A stretch of 64,000 nt of DNA, taken from the NCBI GenBank assembly GCA_963727805.1, contig CAVSHF010000005.1:864001-928000 (forward strand). Reading direction: 5' to 3'. The translations under genes and the position numbers were made by a program. This document shows positions 28,013 to 37,738 of this stretch, one piece after another; positions within the stretch are counted from its first letter, which is position 1, and each line of letters opens with the position of its first letter. The DNA is from an uncultured Nitrospiraceae bacterium. Lineage in GTDB: Bacteria; Nitrospirota; Thermodesulfovibrionia; Thermodesulfovibrionales; Dissulfurispiraceae. The notes under the pieces are model-generated. The model worked only from the letters and a program-made list of their open reading frames with translations, made no database searches and was not told the origin of the DNA.

Positions 28013-29209
28013 ATGATTCATAAGAAGCTTGCATTAAGACTATTTGAAGCCTCTTATATTCAGAGGTGGAATGAAAAAATAAGGCCGGTCGAATTAACCG
28101 AGCTTGATAAGCACGCCCACAAGATGATCATCGCCTATTGCCTGGCGAAATACGAGGAATTGAAAGGAGAGAAGATCGAGTGGCATTCCATCATCAAAAG
28201 CGGAATCTATGAGCTGCTGCGAAGAGTCGTTATTTCAGATATTAAGTCCCCTATCTATACAAAAATTAAGAATGAATTTAAGAATGAATATGCTGAACTA
28301 AACAAATGGGTTTTCAAGAATCTGGCGACAGAATTAACAGGGCTTGCCAAAGGCTCTTTAAAAGAAGAGATATTGCAGTACCTGACAACGGAAGACTATT
28401 TTGATGAAAAGACAAACGCAATCATGAAGGCAGCACATGGTTATGCGAGCTACTGGGAATTCCAGATTATACGTCAAGCAAACCCCTTCGGTTATCAGAT
28501 TCCCGAAATTCACAAACTGATGATAAACGATCTGGAAAATCATCTTGACCTGATAGGGATGAGGAAGATATTGACGGAGCACAAGATATCGGATTTTATC
28601 AGCCTCTGTGGACAGCTTCGATTCCAAATAAGGTGGGGGCATACACCCCGAATCCCCAAAACCTCTGTTCTTGGGCATATGCTATTAGTGGCGTGCATCA
28701 GCTACCTTCTAACAAGAGAGTTGGATGCCTGCCCCGCTAGAATCTACAATAACTTCTTCGGAGGTCTTTTCCATGACTTGCCCGAAGTTGTTACAAGAGA
28801 TATCATCTCCCCTGTCAAAAATGCCGTTGAAGGAATGCCTGAAGCGATAAGCCAGATTGAGAGAGAGCTTGCGGCCGCCGAGATTTACCCGTTGCTTGAA
28901 GATCCTTGGATACCTGAGTTCAAGTATTTTACTGAAAACGAATTCGAAGGCAAGATTATGAAAGATGGGAAGGTGGAATTTGTCTCAAGCGAAGACATTA
29001 ACAATCGTTACAATGAGGATGCATTTAGCCCTATAGACGGCAAGCTTATTGAAGTGTCCGACAAATTTTCTGCTTTTTTGGAAGCCTATGCAGCCGATTC
29101 AATCGGCATAAAAACGCCTCATCTCCAGGAGGGGCTGCAAATTCCCAAGAAGTTTAAAGATACTTCGGTGGCCGGATTGTCTATTTCAGAGCTTTTCGTA
29201 GATTTTTAA
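28013..29209 (+). CDS. Duplicated HD-domain protein (YfbR-like 5'-deoxynucleotidase fold)
   Basis: QRWN..ELDK.AH first half; RW..TPRIP.TSVLGH, FHDLPE..TRDI, DK.SA.LEA second half. Confidence 0.85.
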   Translation: MIHKKLALRLFEASYIQRWNEKIRPVELTELDKHAHKMIIAYCLAKYEELKGEKIEWHSIIKSGIYELLRRVVISDIKSPIYTKIKNEFKNEYAELNKWVFKNLATELTGLAKGSLKEEILQYLTTEDYFDEKTNAIMKAAHGYASYWEFQIIRQANPFGYQIPEIHKLMINDLENHLDLIGMRKILTEHKISDFISLCGQLRFQIRWGHTPRIPKTSVLGHMLLVACISYLLTRELDACPARIYNNFFGGLFHDLPEVVTRDIISPVKNAVEGMPEAISQIERELAAAEIYPLLEDPWIPEFKYFTENEFEGKIMKDGKVEFVSSEDINNRYNEDAFSPIDGKLIEVSDKFSAFLEAYAADSIGIKTPHLQEGLQIPKKFKDTSVAGLSISELFVDF

Positions 29210-29694
29210 GCAAGAAGAGATCCCTTCTGAAAAGGCACCAATGGATCATATTTGACCTCAATTTGACTTAAGTTAGACGTTCAGAATGCCGTTGATAGCC
29301 AATCCATCAATGTCTGCACGGCGTGACAAATTATGGTTCCTAAAGCGACAACTTATCGTTCACGTCACAGATTGATTCCCTTTTTCTGTCTCTTTCTTCC
29401 CTTATTTACAGGTCAAAGAAGCCCATGCGACCGCCCCCCGCTTCACAGACAGGCACGACTTTTACTGCAAGACCAGCCGATGTTGCGCGAGCTTGAAGTT
29501 CAGCAGCAATTGAGTTCTGATCGCCATTTATCTTTCGACCAAATGGATCATTCATGGGAATAATGATAAAATCAACGCTTTGTTACTTGATGTGTGCAAC
29601 TTTGAAGTAGGGCATTAGGGCCTCCTTTTATGTCTGTCTTGGCAAAGTGCCTGCTAGTCTTCTTAACTATCTAGACCGGGCTTTGTCGCTGAGT

Positions 29695-30924
29695 TTAAAT
29701 GCCCCTCTTATCCCCTGTTCCTTTTTTCGTTATCGCCCCGATCCTTACATTGTTTCTGGCAATCAAATCTCTTATGTCCCCTCTCTCATCAAGATGTAGA
29801 AAATTCCCCGTTGTTTTCAAGACACTTTCTCTACAAACTGCTATATGTCGCCTCTTTAGATGTTCGATAACGCTCTGTATCTCATCACAGGTTATAGCGT
29901 AATACTCCATACTGAAGGGATCAGCAATAACCTTATAAAAAAAGGGCAGGTAGAGCAGATCTTTTGTCAATTCTGTCTTTCCTAATTCATTCCTTTCGCA
30001 GAATGTTATAAGATTTTCGGGGAAATTCTCAAAGATCATTATTAATCCCGAAAATAACAGGTACTGAATCTTTAATGGGATATCATAGAAAAGAATATGC
30101 CTCCGCTTAATGACAGGAAAGTCAATTCGTTGTGCCATGGATTCATGGTCCAGTAACCCCTTATCGAATCCCCAGTTGTAGGCAATTTTTATAAACTGCT
30201 GCAAGACACTGTAAAACAGAAATGAATAGGCATAGCGATCGCCGAAACTGAAGATACCAGTCTCCAAAATTTTATATAGCTCTTTTATGGCCCTCAGCCC
30301 ATATGAGTCTGGGTCTACAAACTCTGGTTCCGATTTTGAGAAGTCAAATCCGCACTTATAACAGATCGGGAAATTCTTGTAATAATAACTTCTTCTCAGC
30401 GTTATCGGTATACCGCACTGGGAGCACCGGTCTAATAAGAAGCATCCATGAACAATGCAGGCAGTCGAAAAAGAAAGCCTCCACCTCTTCCTAAAATATC
30501 TGGCGTGGTGCGCTTTTAAGCATAGTGGGCAAAACCTCAGACCGTATCCCTTCGTTATCCTGCTGCGGATAACCAGGGGCTGTATGAATGGCATGCTTGT
30601 GGCTGATATCTCTTCGGCAAGATACCCCTGGTAGGACTTGAGAGTAAGGTTGCAAAGTATTTCATTGCTCAAGAGACACTTGTGCTCAAGCGCCTCCAAA
30701 AGCTTTTGATCAGGTGAAATATCCACATCTCTTGTCCATAAGATATTTTTCCATTCGGGCAGATAAAGGTTTACAAATGTGGCAGGATCCGTCAAGTGAG
30801 CAAGGGCAGTTCTAGTCAGCCATGAACTGAGAAGTTCATCATCCTGAGGAGTAAGACAATATCGGAATTTGTTATTTGCGAAATTGATACGCTTGCTGTC
30901 TATCTTATAAGCAAGAAGGCTCAT
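29695..30924 (-). CDS. tniQ: TniQ family target-selector adaptor
   Basis: P.DDELLSSWL.R.A; FCPLCL..YFR..WR..C..H..L.D.C..C; ATGA overlap with tnsC. Confidence 0.9.
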   Translation of the reverse strand: MSLLAYKIDSKRINFANNKFRYCLTPQDDELLSSWLTRTALAHLTDPATFVNLYLPEWKNILWTRDVDISPDQKLLEALEHKCLLSNEILCNLTLKSYQGYLAEEISATSMPFIQPLVIRSRITKGYGLRFCPLCLKAHHARYFRKRWRLSFSTACIVHGCFLLDRCSQCGIPITLRRSYYYKNFPICYKCGFDFSKSEPEFVDPDSYGLRAIKELYKILETGIFSFGDRYAYSFLFYSVLQQFIKIAYNWGFDKGLLDHESMAQRIDFPVIKRRHILFYDIPLKIQYLLFSGLIMIFENFPENLITFCERNELGKTELTKDLLYLPFFYKVIADPFSMEYYAITCDEIQSVIEHLKRRHIAVCRESVLKTTGNFLHLDERGDIRDLIARNNVRIGAITKKGTGDKRGI

Positions 30925-31826
30925 ACATCTACCAGTGCAAGCCCGCGTCTCTGGGATGGCCTGATAAATCCACACTCCTTTATAATATCCTCTGTTATCT
31001 TCTCGCTACCTGATTTTATCCCAAATATGGCCGCCTCGCTGATGACGCTGATTATCTCCCCAATTAATCCCTCGCTTAAAGCCAAGACCGTCCTGCCTAT
31101 TTTGCTGTTTGTCGATATCTTGGAGAGTTTTCTTAACGGCAACATCATTTCTATGCTTGCAAGCAGGGATGCGTAATCCGCATTGAGTCTCCAAAGCGGG
31201 AGCAACATTGGCCTGAATCTACTACTGATCTGCATGTCGGTACTGGTGGCATTTAGAGCATCCTTTATACCAACAAGGACTATAGGTAGCATCAGCGCAT
31301 TGCTGATATTCTTCAGCGCGTTCATAAAAGCTTTCTGCTTTGGAACCGACCCACTTAAGATATTGTGGATCTCATCTACAATGAGCACCCCAACGCCCAT
31401 ACTTTCAAAATGATATTTTATTTCTGATGCCTTTTTAGTTAAAGAATCGCTCTTTCTGTGGGGAATTAGTATTGTGTCCAGGATTGCATCATAAAGACCG
31501 TTCGGATCAGGAGTGATCGGTGCCTGCACACAAACTACCGACATTGCCGGTTCTTCCCTTCCATCCGTTGGCAGATGTAATCTCTCGAATTTCTTAACCA
31601 GACTCGTTTTGCCGTTATGACTGTCACCAATAATCAAAAGACATGGCATCCTCGATTTCTTCGGTTCATTTAACAGGTCCTCCATCTTCAGGAGAATTAC
31701 TTCAGCCTTTGGATACATAATAAATTTGTCCGCCTTTATATATCGTATCCGTTCGCGGTCAGGGCTCCACAGCAGTTCCTCTGCTTCCGGGCTTAGAACT
31801 ATTTTATCCTGCACAATATCCATCAA
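30921..31826 (-). CDS. tnsC: TnsC/TniB AAA+ ATPase
   Basis: Walker A GDSHNGKT, Walker B LIVDEIH, QISSRF, SEG.IG. Confidence 0.93.
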   Translation of the reverse strand: MMDIVQDKIVLSPEAEELLWSPDRERIRYIKADKFIMYPKAEVILLKMEDLLNEPKKSRMPCLLIIGDSHNGKTSLVKKFERLHLPTDGREEPAMSVVCVQAPITPDPNGLYDAILDTILIPHRKSDSLTKKASEIKYHFESMGVGVLIVDEIHNILSGSVPKQKAFMNALKNISNALMLPIVLVGIKDALNATSTDMQISSRFRPMLLPLWRLNADYASLLASIEMMLPLRKLSKISTNSKIGRTVLALSEGLIGEIISVISEAAIFGIKSGSEKITEDIIKECGFIRPSQRRGLALVDV

Positions 31827-33781
31827 CGTCTTTCATCCTCATCTGACTCTCTGCGAATCACTTCTATGTCTTTGAAAGGCTTGGGGTTTGTAAAAATATC
31901 ATCAACCCGAGCTTCCACCGCTTTCCGAGTGCTTTCAGGTTCGTCCTTAACAGCCTTATGAAGAGGTTCGGCTTTCCCTTCGTCCGTCTGTCCCGTGCCT
32001 TTCCCCATTTTCTCCTTATGGTGCTGTTTGCCGGTACGCTGTCTCCTGACGGCCTTAGTTTTTTTGACGGCTTCATCCTCGATTTTCTTCAGTTCCGCAT
32101 TTGCCTTGAAAATATCGTACTCATTGTAATCTTCCATGTTCTTATCTTTGAGATATTTCTGGCTCTTTCTTAGGTCCCATATCGATATCGGAGGGAAGGC
32201 AACGTTTCTGTAAGGAATCTCAAAATACTCCTTCAGATCAGGAGCATAAAAATACAAAATGCTTATATCATACGGATTATACTTGAATATGTATTTCGTC
32301 CTTTTCTTGCCGGGCGTTTCCATTTCACTATATTTTCTGAGGACATCGCTATAATAATGTATGTGTTCCCATACCACATTGGCCCTCTGGATAGTCCGCT
32401 CTATAGATGGGAAAAGAGAGATTCTCAACTTGCGTGCCTCTTCTCCCTGGATTATTTCCGGAAGCCCGGTACCGGGTGTAGTTTCGTCCCCGAAGATACC
32501 CATCTCATATTTCTTGTACGGCATCATATAACCTATGCCTGAGTGAGGACTCTTATGGTATTTGTTGACGATAAGTTGCGTAGCCCATTTTTCAGTTTCT
32601 TTTATCGTCATACAGGCCGTTGCCTCCGAATCGTATTCTCCTTTGGCCTGCGGATTCGAGAATGTCGTCCCGGGAAGAGCATGCACTTCATTGTTTAAAG
32701 TCTCAATAAACCTCTCGATGTGGCCACCGTATTTTGGTTGTCGGCGAGGCCTGAACTTTACCTCCAAATTATTATCTTCACAAAATCTCTTCAGATCTTT
32801 TCCTCTGTACCAGCTGGCATTGTCGGTATATATGATGATATTTTTTGTCAATCCCCATACGCTCCACTCTCCCTCGACACCTACTCTAGCCAAAACTTCC
32901 TGTTTCGGCATAGCTCCCATATAAATGCATTGTCCGATCGTGAAAAAACTCGGGTGGTCCACTGAAAAATCAAACCCATATACCGACCTGCTAAAAACAT
33001 CTTCAGCAACAACTGCATATGCTTTTCCGATGGATTGTCTGTATAGTTCATCGACAATCAAGAGATCAAGCGGCGTCTCATCTATTTCAATAACATCCAG
33101 TGGATGTTCGACAATAAAAGAGCCAACTATCGGATCGTAAATGGTCCTGGCTTTGGCAGCTCCTTCTGTACGCTTCATGATTTCTCTCTTTGATATCTCA
33201 CCTATTCTGTTTTTGATAGTATTTTTGTGAGGAGCCTTTAATTTCGCATTTTTGCACTTTACCTTTACGTCTTCCTGAAGTTTCTTAAGCCTCAGTCTTT
33301 TCCCCTTCTGTAAATATTCCTCGATAGTTTCGGCCACGACGACATCAACTGCCGGATCTATTCTGTGGGTACCCTTTCCTCCTCTTTTGTTATAGTTCGG
33401 GGCTAGGGAGCTCAACTGCCCTGTTGCTTCATATCTTTTTATCCAGTCATATAAAGTAACATCAGTTAGACCAAATGCCTCTGCTCTTGCTATAACCTCT
33501 TTTTTTGTCCTGTCAGACCTCAGAAGAGGCTTTATTATCTCGTATCTTTGCTTCGCTATTTCCCAGTGCTCTTCCTCAATGTGCTCTGCAGGTTCCACTT
33601 TGTTATTTTCGGCCGGTGCGCTCGCCGGGGTCATCCTGAGCTGTAAGATGGGGTAGAGCCCTGTCTCGCCGCTTTCCGGGTCTCTCAGGAGAACTTCCTT
33701 GAAATTGACTGCGTTGATGACCTCGTGCTTCTTGTCACCTATGTAAACGATGCTCCCTTTGGATAACGATAATCCTTTCAT
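31823..33781 (-). CDS. tnsB: TnsB/TniA DDE transposase
   Basis: EIDETP, DVFSR, YTDN, GHIER; Mu-transposase-like C-terminal region; ATGA overlap with tnsA. Confidence 0.95.
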   Translation of the reverse strand: MKGLSLSKGSIVYIGDKKHEVINAVNFKEVLLRDPESGETGLYPILQLRMTPASAPAENNKVEPAEHIEEEHWEIAKQRYEIIKPLLRSDRTKKEVIARAEAFGLTDVTLYDWIKRYEATGQLSSLAPNYNKRGGKGTHRIDPAVDVVVAETIEEYLQKGKRLRLKKLQEDVKVKCKNAKLKAPHKNTIKNRIGEISKREIMKRTEGAAKARTIYDPIVGSFIVEHPLDVIEIDETPLDLLIVDELYRQSIGKAYAVVAEDVFSRSVYGFDFSVDHPSFFTIGQCIYMGAMPKQEVLARVGVEGEWSVWGLTKNIIIYTDNASWYRGKDLKRFCEDNNLEVKFRPRRQPKYGGHIERFIETLNNEVHALPGTTFSNPQAKGEYDSEATACMTIKETEKWATQLIVNKYHKSPHSGIGYMMPYKKYEMGIFGDETTPGTGLPEIIQGEEARKLRISLFPSIERTIQRANVVWEHIHYYSDVLRKYSEMETPGKKRTKYIFKYNPYDISILYFYAPDLKEYFEIPYRNVAFPPISIWDLRKSQKYLKDKNMEDYNEYDIFKANAELKKIEDEAVKKTKAVRRQRTGKQHHKEKMGKGTGQTDEGKAEPLHKAVKDEPESTRKAVEARVDDIFTNPKPFKDIEVIRRESDEDERR

Positions 33782-34425
33782 CGGTTTGCCTTCAAAATTG
33801 TGCTGTTGGTTAAAGGCTTGTTCAGGTCTGTCACCAGGATCTTTGTCCAGACAAGATGCCAGATCGAAGGGAGTATCCACGCACGCTCAAGCCGGTCTTT
33901 CGCTATGCCATCGAGAATATCCGATACACTCATGCCATTTCCATCAAGATTAATAAGTATCCGGTCTTTATACGATCCGAGAAGTTTTGGCGCTTCTCTG
34001 TATCCGTAAAGAAAATTAAGATTATCGAGGCGCTGGCCTCTAATATCGGTGTCGAGGACCACCTTGAAGTCCATACCATTAGCTGCGGCGTATTCCTCAC
34101 ATGTCGCAAACTTGAGCTTTAACAGAGGAGCCTTCTCCGGATCCAGGAGGTCCTTCTCGGATTTGACTTCCATGAGAAGCGGCTTTCTGCCAGTTTCCGG
34201 TTTGTAATATATAAGGCAATCCGGATAATAAGGACTGCTCGGCCTTCTCGGATTCGGCACTTCAACCTGTTGAGCCACGTATCTTTCTATCTCATCCTCA
34301 AACTCAAGCGTCTGATAAAAATCCCGTTCTACAGGAGACTCGTAATCCACGTGTCCGCCGTTTTTCATACTGTAAAAGTAGCCCGTCGGCACTCTGTTGC
34401 CAGGTGGTATTTTCCTGATCTTCAT
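33778..34425 (-). CDS. tnsA: TnsA endonuclease
   Basis: YESPVERD...LEF, YYPD, EVK motifs. Confidence 0.92.
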   Translation of the reverse strand: MKIRKIPPGNRVPTGYFYSMKNGGHVDYESPVERDFYQTLEFEDEIERYVAQQVEVPNPRRPSSPYYPDCLIYYKPETGRKPLLMEVKSEKDLLDPEKAPLLKLKFATCEEYAAANGMDFKVVLDTDIRGQRLDNLNFLYGYREAPKLLGSYKDRILINLDGNGMSVSDILDGIAKDRLERAWILPSIWHLVWTKILVTDLNKPLTNSTILKANR

Positions 34426-34469
34426 GAGTAAATTATACTTTGTCCGGAGTCCATTTGCAACTTTTGTAA

Positions 34470-34665
34470 ATTAGTTAATCTATTTATTGTATTATTGTAA
34501 TTGGTTAAGCTATATTATGTTAAAGTTAAGTTATTTATTGTCTCTTTCTGTTTTTTTGAAAACGAGACCATATTTTGTCGTATCTTATTGATTTAAGGTG
34601 ATATAAAGATGTGTTATGGGAGGCAGAGCGATAAAATTAAGTTAAGCTATCTTGTGGGAATGACA
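34470..34665 (-). repeat. Transposon end: terminal TGTCATT plus four TnsB-binding-type repeats
   Basis: Minus strand: CCCACAAGATAGCTTAACTTAA (34637-34658), GACAATAAATAACTTAACTTTA (34521-34542), AACATAATATAGCTTAACCAAT (34500-34521), TACAATAAATAGATTAACTAAT (34470-34491). Confidence 0.85.
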
Positions 34666-35025
34666 ACATGATGCACCGTCATGCTGCTCACGATAAGATC
34701 GAAGGCGCCAGTCAAACTGACTCCCTTATCGAAATTTACAAATTCTGTATACACATTTGCTAAACCCCGTCGCGCAACTTTATCATCCACCACACTCAGC
34801 ATGCCCTTCGAACTATCGACGCCGATAATACATCGTACATAGGGCTTCAGCCGGAGCGTCACAAGACCTGTTCCACAGCCGAAATCGAGAATATCCATAT
34901 TCTTGGCGGGCTTGACGATCCTGATTATTGCATCGGCAATATCATTTGCAAGTTTGATTCTCTCCGGATTCAGGTCCCCCCTGCGCAGCTTCAATATCGA
35001 AATTTCTCCGCTCTTCTGCATTCAA
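34666..35025 (-). pseudogene. Class I SAM-dependent methyltransferase, truncated by transposon and frameshifted near start
   Basis: ILDFGCGTG and FDLIVSSMTVHHV, then runs straight into the transposon end; the RBS-TTG frame (NAEERRNFDIEAAQ) shifts at a G6 run near 34,976-34,981. Confidence 0.8.
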
Positions 35026-35156
35026 TTTGTTTACTCCTTCCCGTTCTCAATGCTCCACAAATGATTCTATCCTGCTAATATGTCTGCTTTTAATATGTTT
35101 GTATACTATCGTAGAGGACAAAGAAAGTACACTGCCTTCATTGTTAGGGATCCAAC

Positions 35157-36893
35157 ATGAAAAACAGGGAAATTGCAAAGATATTTAATGAAATCGCCGA
35201 CCTTCTCGAAATAAAAAACGAGAACCCCTTTCGAATTCGAGCGTACCGCAGGGCCGCCCTTAATGTCGAAGGATTAGCTAGGAACATCGAAGACCTTACC
35301 GAAAGGGAGTTAATCAAGGTCCCCGGCATCGGCAAAGACCTCGCGGGCAAGATTGCCGAATACCTGAAAACCGAAAAGATCGTGGCCCATGAAGAGTTGA
35401 AAAAAGAGATCCCGCCGGAGATTCTGGCGCTTGAAGCGGTACCGGGACTTGGCCCCAAGACCGCTATTCTCCTTCATGATAAATTGAACCTCAAGAGCAT
35501 TGATGAACTCGAACAGCTTGCAATGAAACATAAGCTCGCAGGACTGCCAGGGATTAAGGCAAAGACCGAAGAAAATATATTGAAGGGGATAGGGATGCTC
35601 AAAAGGGGCATAGAGCGCCAGCCGTTAGGCAAGGTACTTCCTATTGCCCAGGACATTGTCGATCAGCTCAAAGGCAAAGCGCCTATTATCAGGATCGATA
35701 TCGCCGGCAGCCTGAGGAGATGGAAGGATACAGTGAAGGATATCGACATTCTAGCGATGTCCACCAATCCCAAAGAGGTGATGCGTACCTTTGTCAATCT
35801 TCCGCATGTAAAAGACGTACTGATGCAAGGCGCGACAAAATCGAGTGTAATCATCAAAGAGGGCTTACAGGTGGACCTTCGCGTTGTCGAAAAGGAATCA
35901 TATGGTGCCGCTCTTGCCTATTTTACCGGCAGCAAGGAGCACAACATCAGGCTACGGGAGATAGCGCTTAAGAGAGGGCTCACTATTAACGAGTATGGAA
36001 TATTCCGGGTAAAGGACAACAAAAAGCTTGGCGGAGAAAATGAGGAGGATGCTTACAGGATACTCAATCTGCAGTATGTACCTCCTGAGATGAGGGAAGA
36101 CCGCGGAGAGATAGAAGCGGCGATCGAGGGGAAATTACCGAAGCTCGTCACTGTCGAGGATATCAGAGGCGATCTCCATGTTCATTCAAAATGGAGCGAC
36201 GGCAGCCATACGTTCGAGCAGCTTGTTGAAGCCGCGAAAAAGATGGGCTATTCCTATTTCGCCTTGACAGATCATTCGAAGGGCCTTGCCGTTGCGCGCG
36301 GCCTTACCGTTGAAAGACTTATGGATCAGAAAAATGAGATCATTGCCCTAAACAAGAAGCTGCAAAACTTCAGAATCCTCCAGGGGACAGAAGTTGATAT
36401 AAGAAATGACGGGACACTCGACTATTCCGACGACGTCCTTCAGATGCTCGATATTGTGGTCGCATCGATCCATTCAGGCTTTAAGCAGACGAGGGAACAG
36501 ATAACATCACGAATTGTCTCAGCCATGAAGAATCCGCATGTGAGCATCATTGCCCATCCAACCGGCAGGCTCATCGGTGAAAGGGATGCTTATGAAGTGG
36601 ACATGGATGAAGTATTGAAGATGGCGAAAGAAACAGGAACGGTAATGGAGATTAATGCTTATCCTTTGAGGCTTGACCTTCATGATGTTTACGCAAAAAA
36701 GGCAAAGGAAATGGGCATTCCCATCGTCATAAGCACCGATGCCCATGTTACGACACAATTTAACTTTATGTCATATGGTGTCTCGATCGCGCGGCGCAGC
36801 TGGCTTGAAAAGAAAGATGTCGCCAACACTCTAGAGGCAAGACAGTTGCTGAAAAAACTAAAACCGTATGGGAAGAAAGAGAATGGAAGGTAA
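35157..36893 (+). CDS. polX: DNA polymerase X with PHP domain
   Basis: ENPFRIRAYRRAA, GSLRR..DIDIL, YFTGS, DLHVHS..SDG, TDHS, TDAH. Confidence 0.95.
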   Translation: MKNREIAKIFNEIADLLEIKNENPFRIRAYRRAALNVEGLARNIEDLTERELIKVPGIGKDLAGKIAEYLKTEKIVAHEELKKEIPPEILALEAVPGLGPKTAILLHDKLNLKSIDELEQLAMKHKLAGLPGIKAKTEENILKGIGMLKRGIERQPLGKVLPIAQDIVDQLKGKAPIIRIDIAGSLRRWKDTVKDIDILAMSTNPKEVMRTFVNLPHVKDVLMQGATKSSVIIKEGLQVDLRVVEKESYGAALAYFTGSKEHNIRLREIALKRGLTINEYGIFRVKDNKKLGGENEEDAYRILNLQYVPPEMREDRGEIEAAIEGKLPKLVTVEDIRGDLHVHSKWSDGSHTFEQLVEAAKKMGYSYFALTDHSKGLAVARGLTVERLMDQKNEIIALNKKLQNFRILQGTEVDIRNDGTLDYSDDVLQMLDIVVASIHSGFKQTREQITSRIVSAMKNPHVSIIAHPTGRLIGERDAYEVDMDEVLKMAKETGTVMEINAYPLRLDLHDVYAKKAKEMGIPIVISTDAHVTTQFNFMSYGVSIARRSWLEKKDVANTLEARQLLKKLKPYGKKENGR

Positions 36894-37572
36894 TTCATCA
36901 ATGCTGAATGAAATCGAAGTTCGCATCCTTGGCTGTCTGATCGAGAAGGAAATTACAACGCCAGAGTATTATCCGTTGACATTACACTCACTAACCAGCG
37001 CTTGCAACCAAAAATCGAACCGTTGTCCGATCGTATCATATGACGAGAATACCGCAGCGCATTGGCTTGAAGAACTGCGGAAAAAAGGGATTGTACAGTC
37101 GATCAATACTCCGAGCAGTCGTGCAGTTAAATATCGGCATTCCTTTCTTGAAGAATTCAGGCTCATTCCAAGTGAGGCGGTTATTCTTTGTGAACTGATG
37201 CTTCGCGGCCCTCAGACCATGGGAGAAATTAGGGCACACACCGAAAGAATGTATGAGTTCAGGGGGCAGGATGAGATTGAAGAAACCTTGCGGGGCGTGA
37301 TGGAACGTGATGAGCCCTTGATTATTAAATTACAGCGGCAATCGGGCAAAAAAGAAGCGAGATATATGCATATGTTGTCGGGTATACCCGGAAAACAGGA
37401 AAAGGACCAGGACGCTTCAGTGATGGGTTCCAGGCAACAGTATCTGACGGATGATGAGCGAATTGGTAAGCTGGAGGAAGAGTTGTTGGCACTCCGCAGG
37501 GAATTGGATGGATGGAGAAATTCTTTCGAAGAATTCAGAGCACAATTCCACAAAAAAGAGAATTATTCCTAA
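36883..37572 (+). CDS. YceH/DUF480 family protein
   Basis: RILGCLIEKE.TTPEYYPLT..L..ACNQKSNR; LMLRGPQT.GE. Confidence 0.9.
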   Translation: MEGNSSMLNEIEVRILGCLIEKEITTPEYYPLTLHSLTSACNQKSNRCPIVSYDENTAAHWLEELRKKGIVQSINTPSSRAVKYRHSFLEEFRLIPSEAVILCELMLRGPQTMGEIRAHTERMYEFRGQDEIEETLRGVMERDEPLIIKLQRQSGKKEARYMHMLSGIPGKQEKDQDASVMGSRQQYLTDDERIGKLEEELLALRRELDGWRNSFEEFRAQFHKKENYS

Positions 37573-37576
37573 CAAC

Positions 37577-37738
37577 TTACTTTGCATCCTTCATGCTTCC
37601 TTTGTTAGCCGAGCCCTCAGGCTCCCTGATAGCAAGGTCCTTGCAGTAATCAGGGCACTTCTGCCCAGCTTTCATCGAGAACTGTTTCTGGCAGGTCTCC
37701 CTCCATGCGCATATAATACACAACTCTTTTTCTTCCAT
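37577..37738 (-). CDS. Small Cys-rich protein (53 aa)
   Basis: Read manually: MEEKELCIICAWRETCQKQFS...CPDYCKD; abuts the upstream stop, RBS GGAGG. Confidence 0.6.
   Translation of the reverse strand: MEEKELCIICAWRETCQKQFSMKAGQKCPDYCKDLAIREPEGSANKGSMKDAK

Larger units (their letters stand above)
1..34665 (-). mobile_element. Tn7-superfamily transposon (Tn6022-like layout); one end at about 34,665, other end not seen (probably upstream of window)
   Basis: tnsA/B/C/tniQ operon next to a TGT terminus with 4 related 22-bp repeats; interrupted methyltransferase at the junction; tnsE-like gene at far end; AT-richer defence-type cargo. The left boundary is inferred, not observed. Confidence 0.8.

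Noticed and set aside
29209..29695. TnsF/TnsD remnant or internal transposon end after tniQ; ORF 29333-29563
   Set aside because: Only short ORFs without recognisable motifs, and no convincing TnsB repeats.
1..34665. CRISPR-associated transposon (CAST)
   Set aside because: No cas genes and no repeat-spacer array seen; the RecB-like TM0106 protein is not evidence of Cas4.
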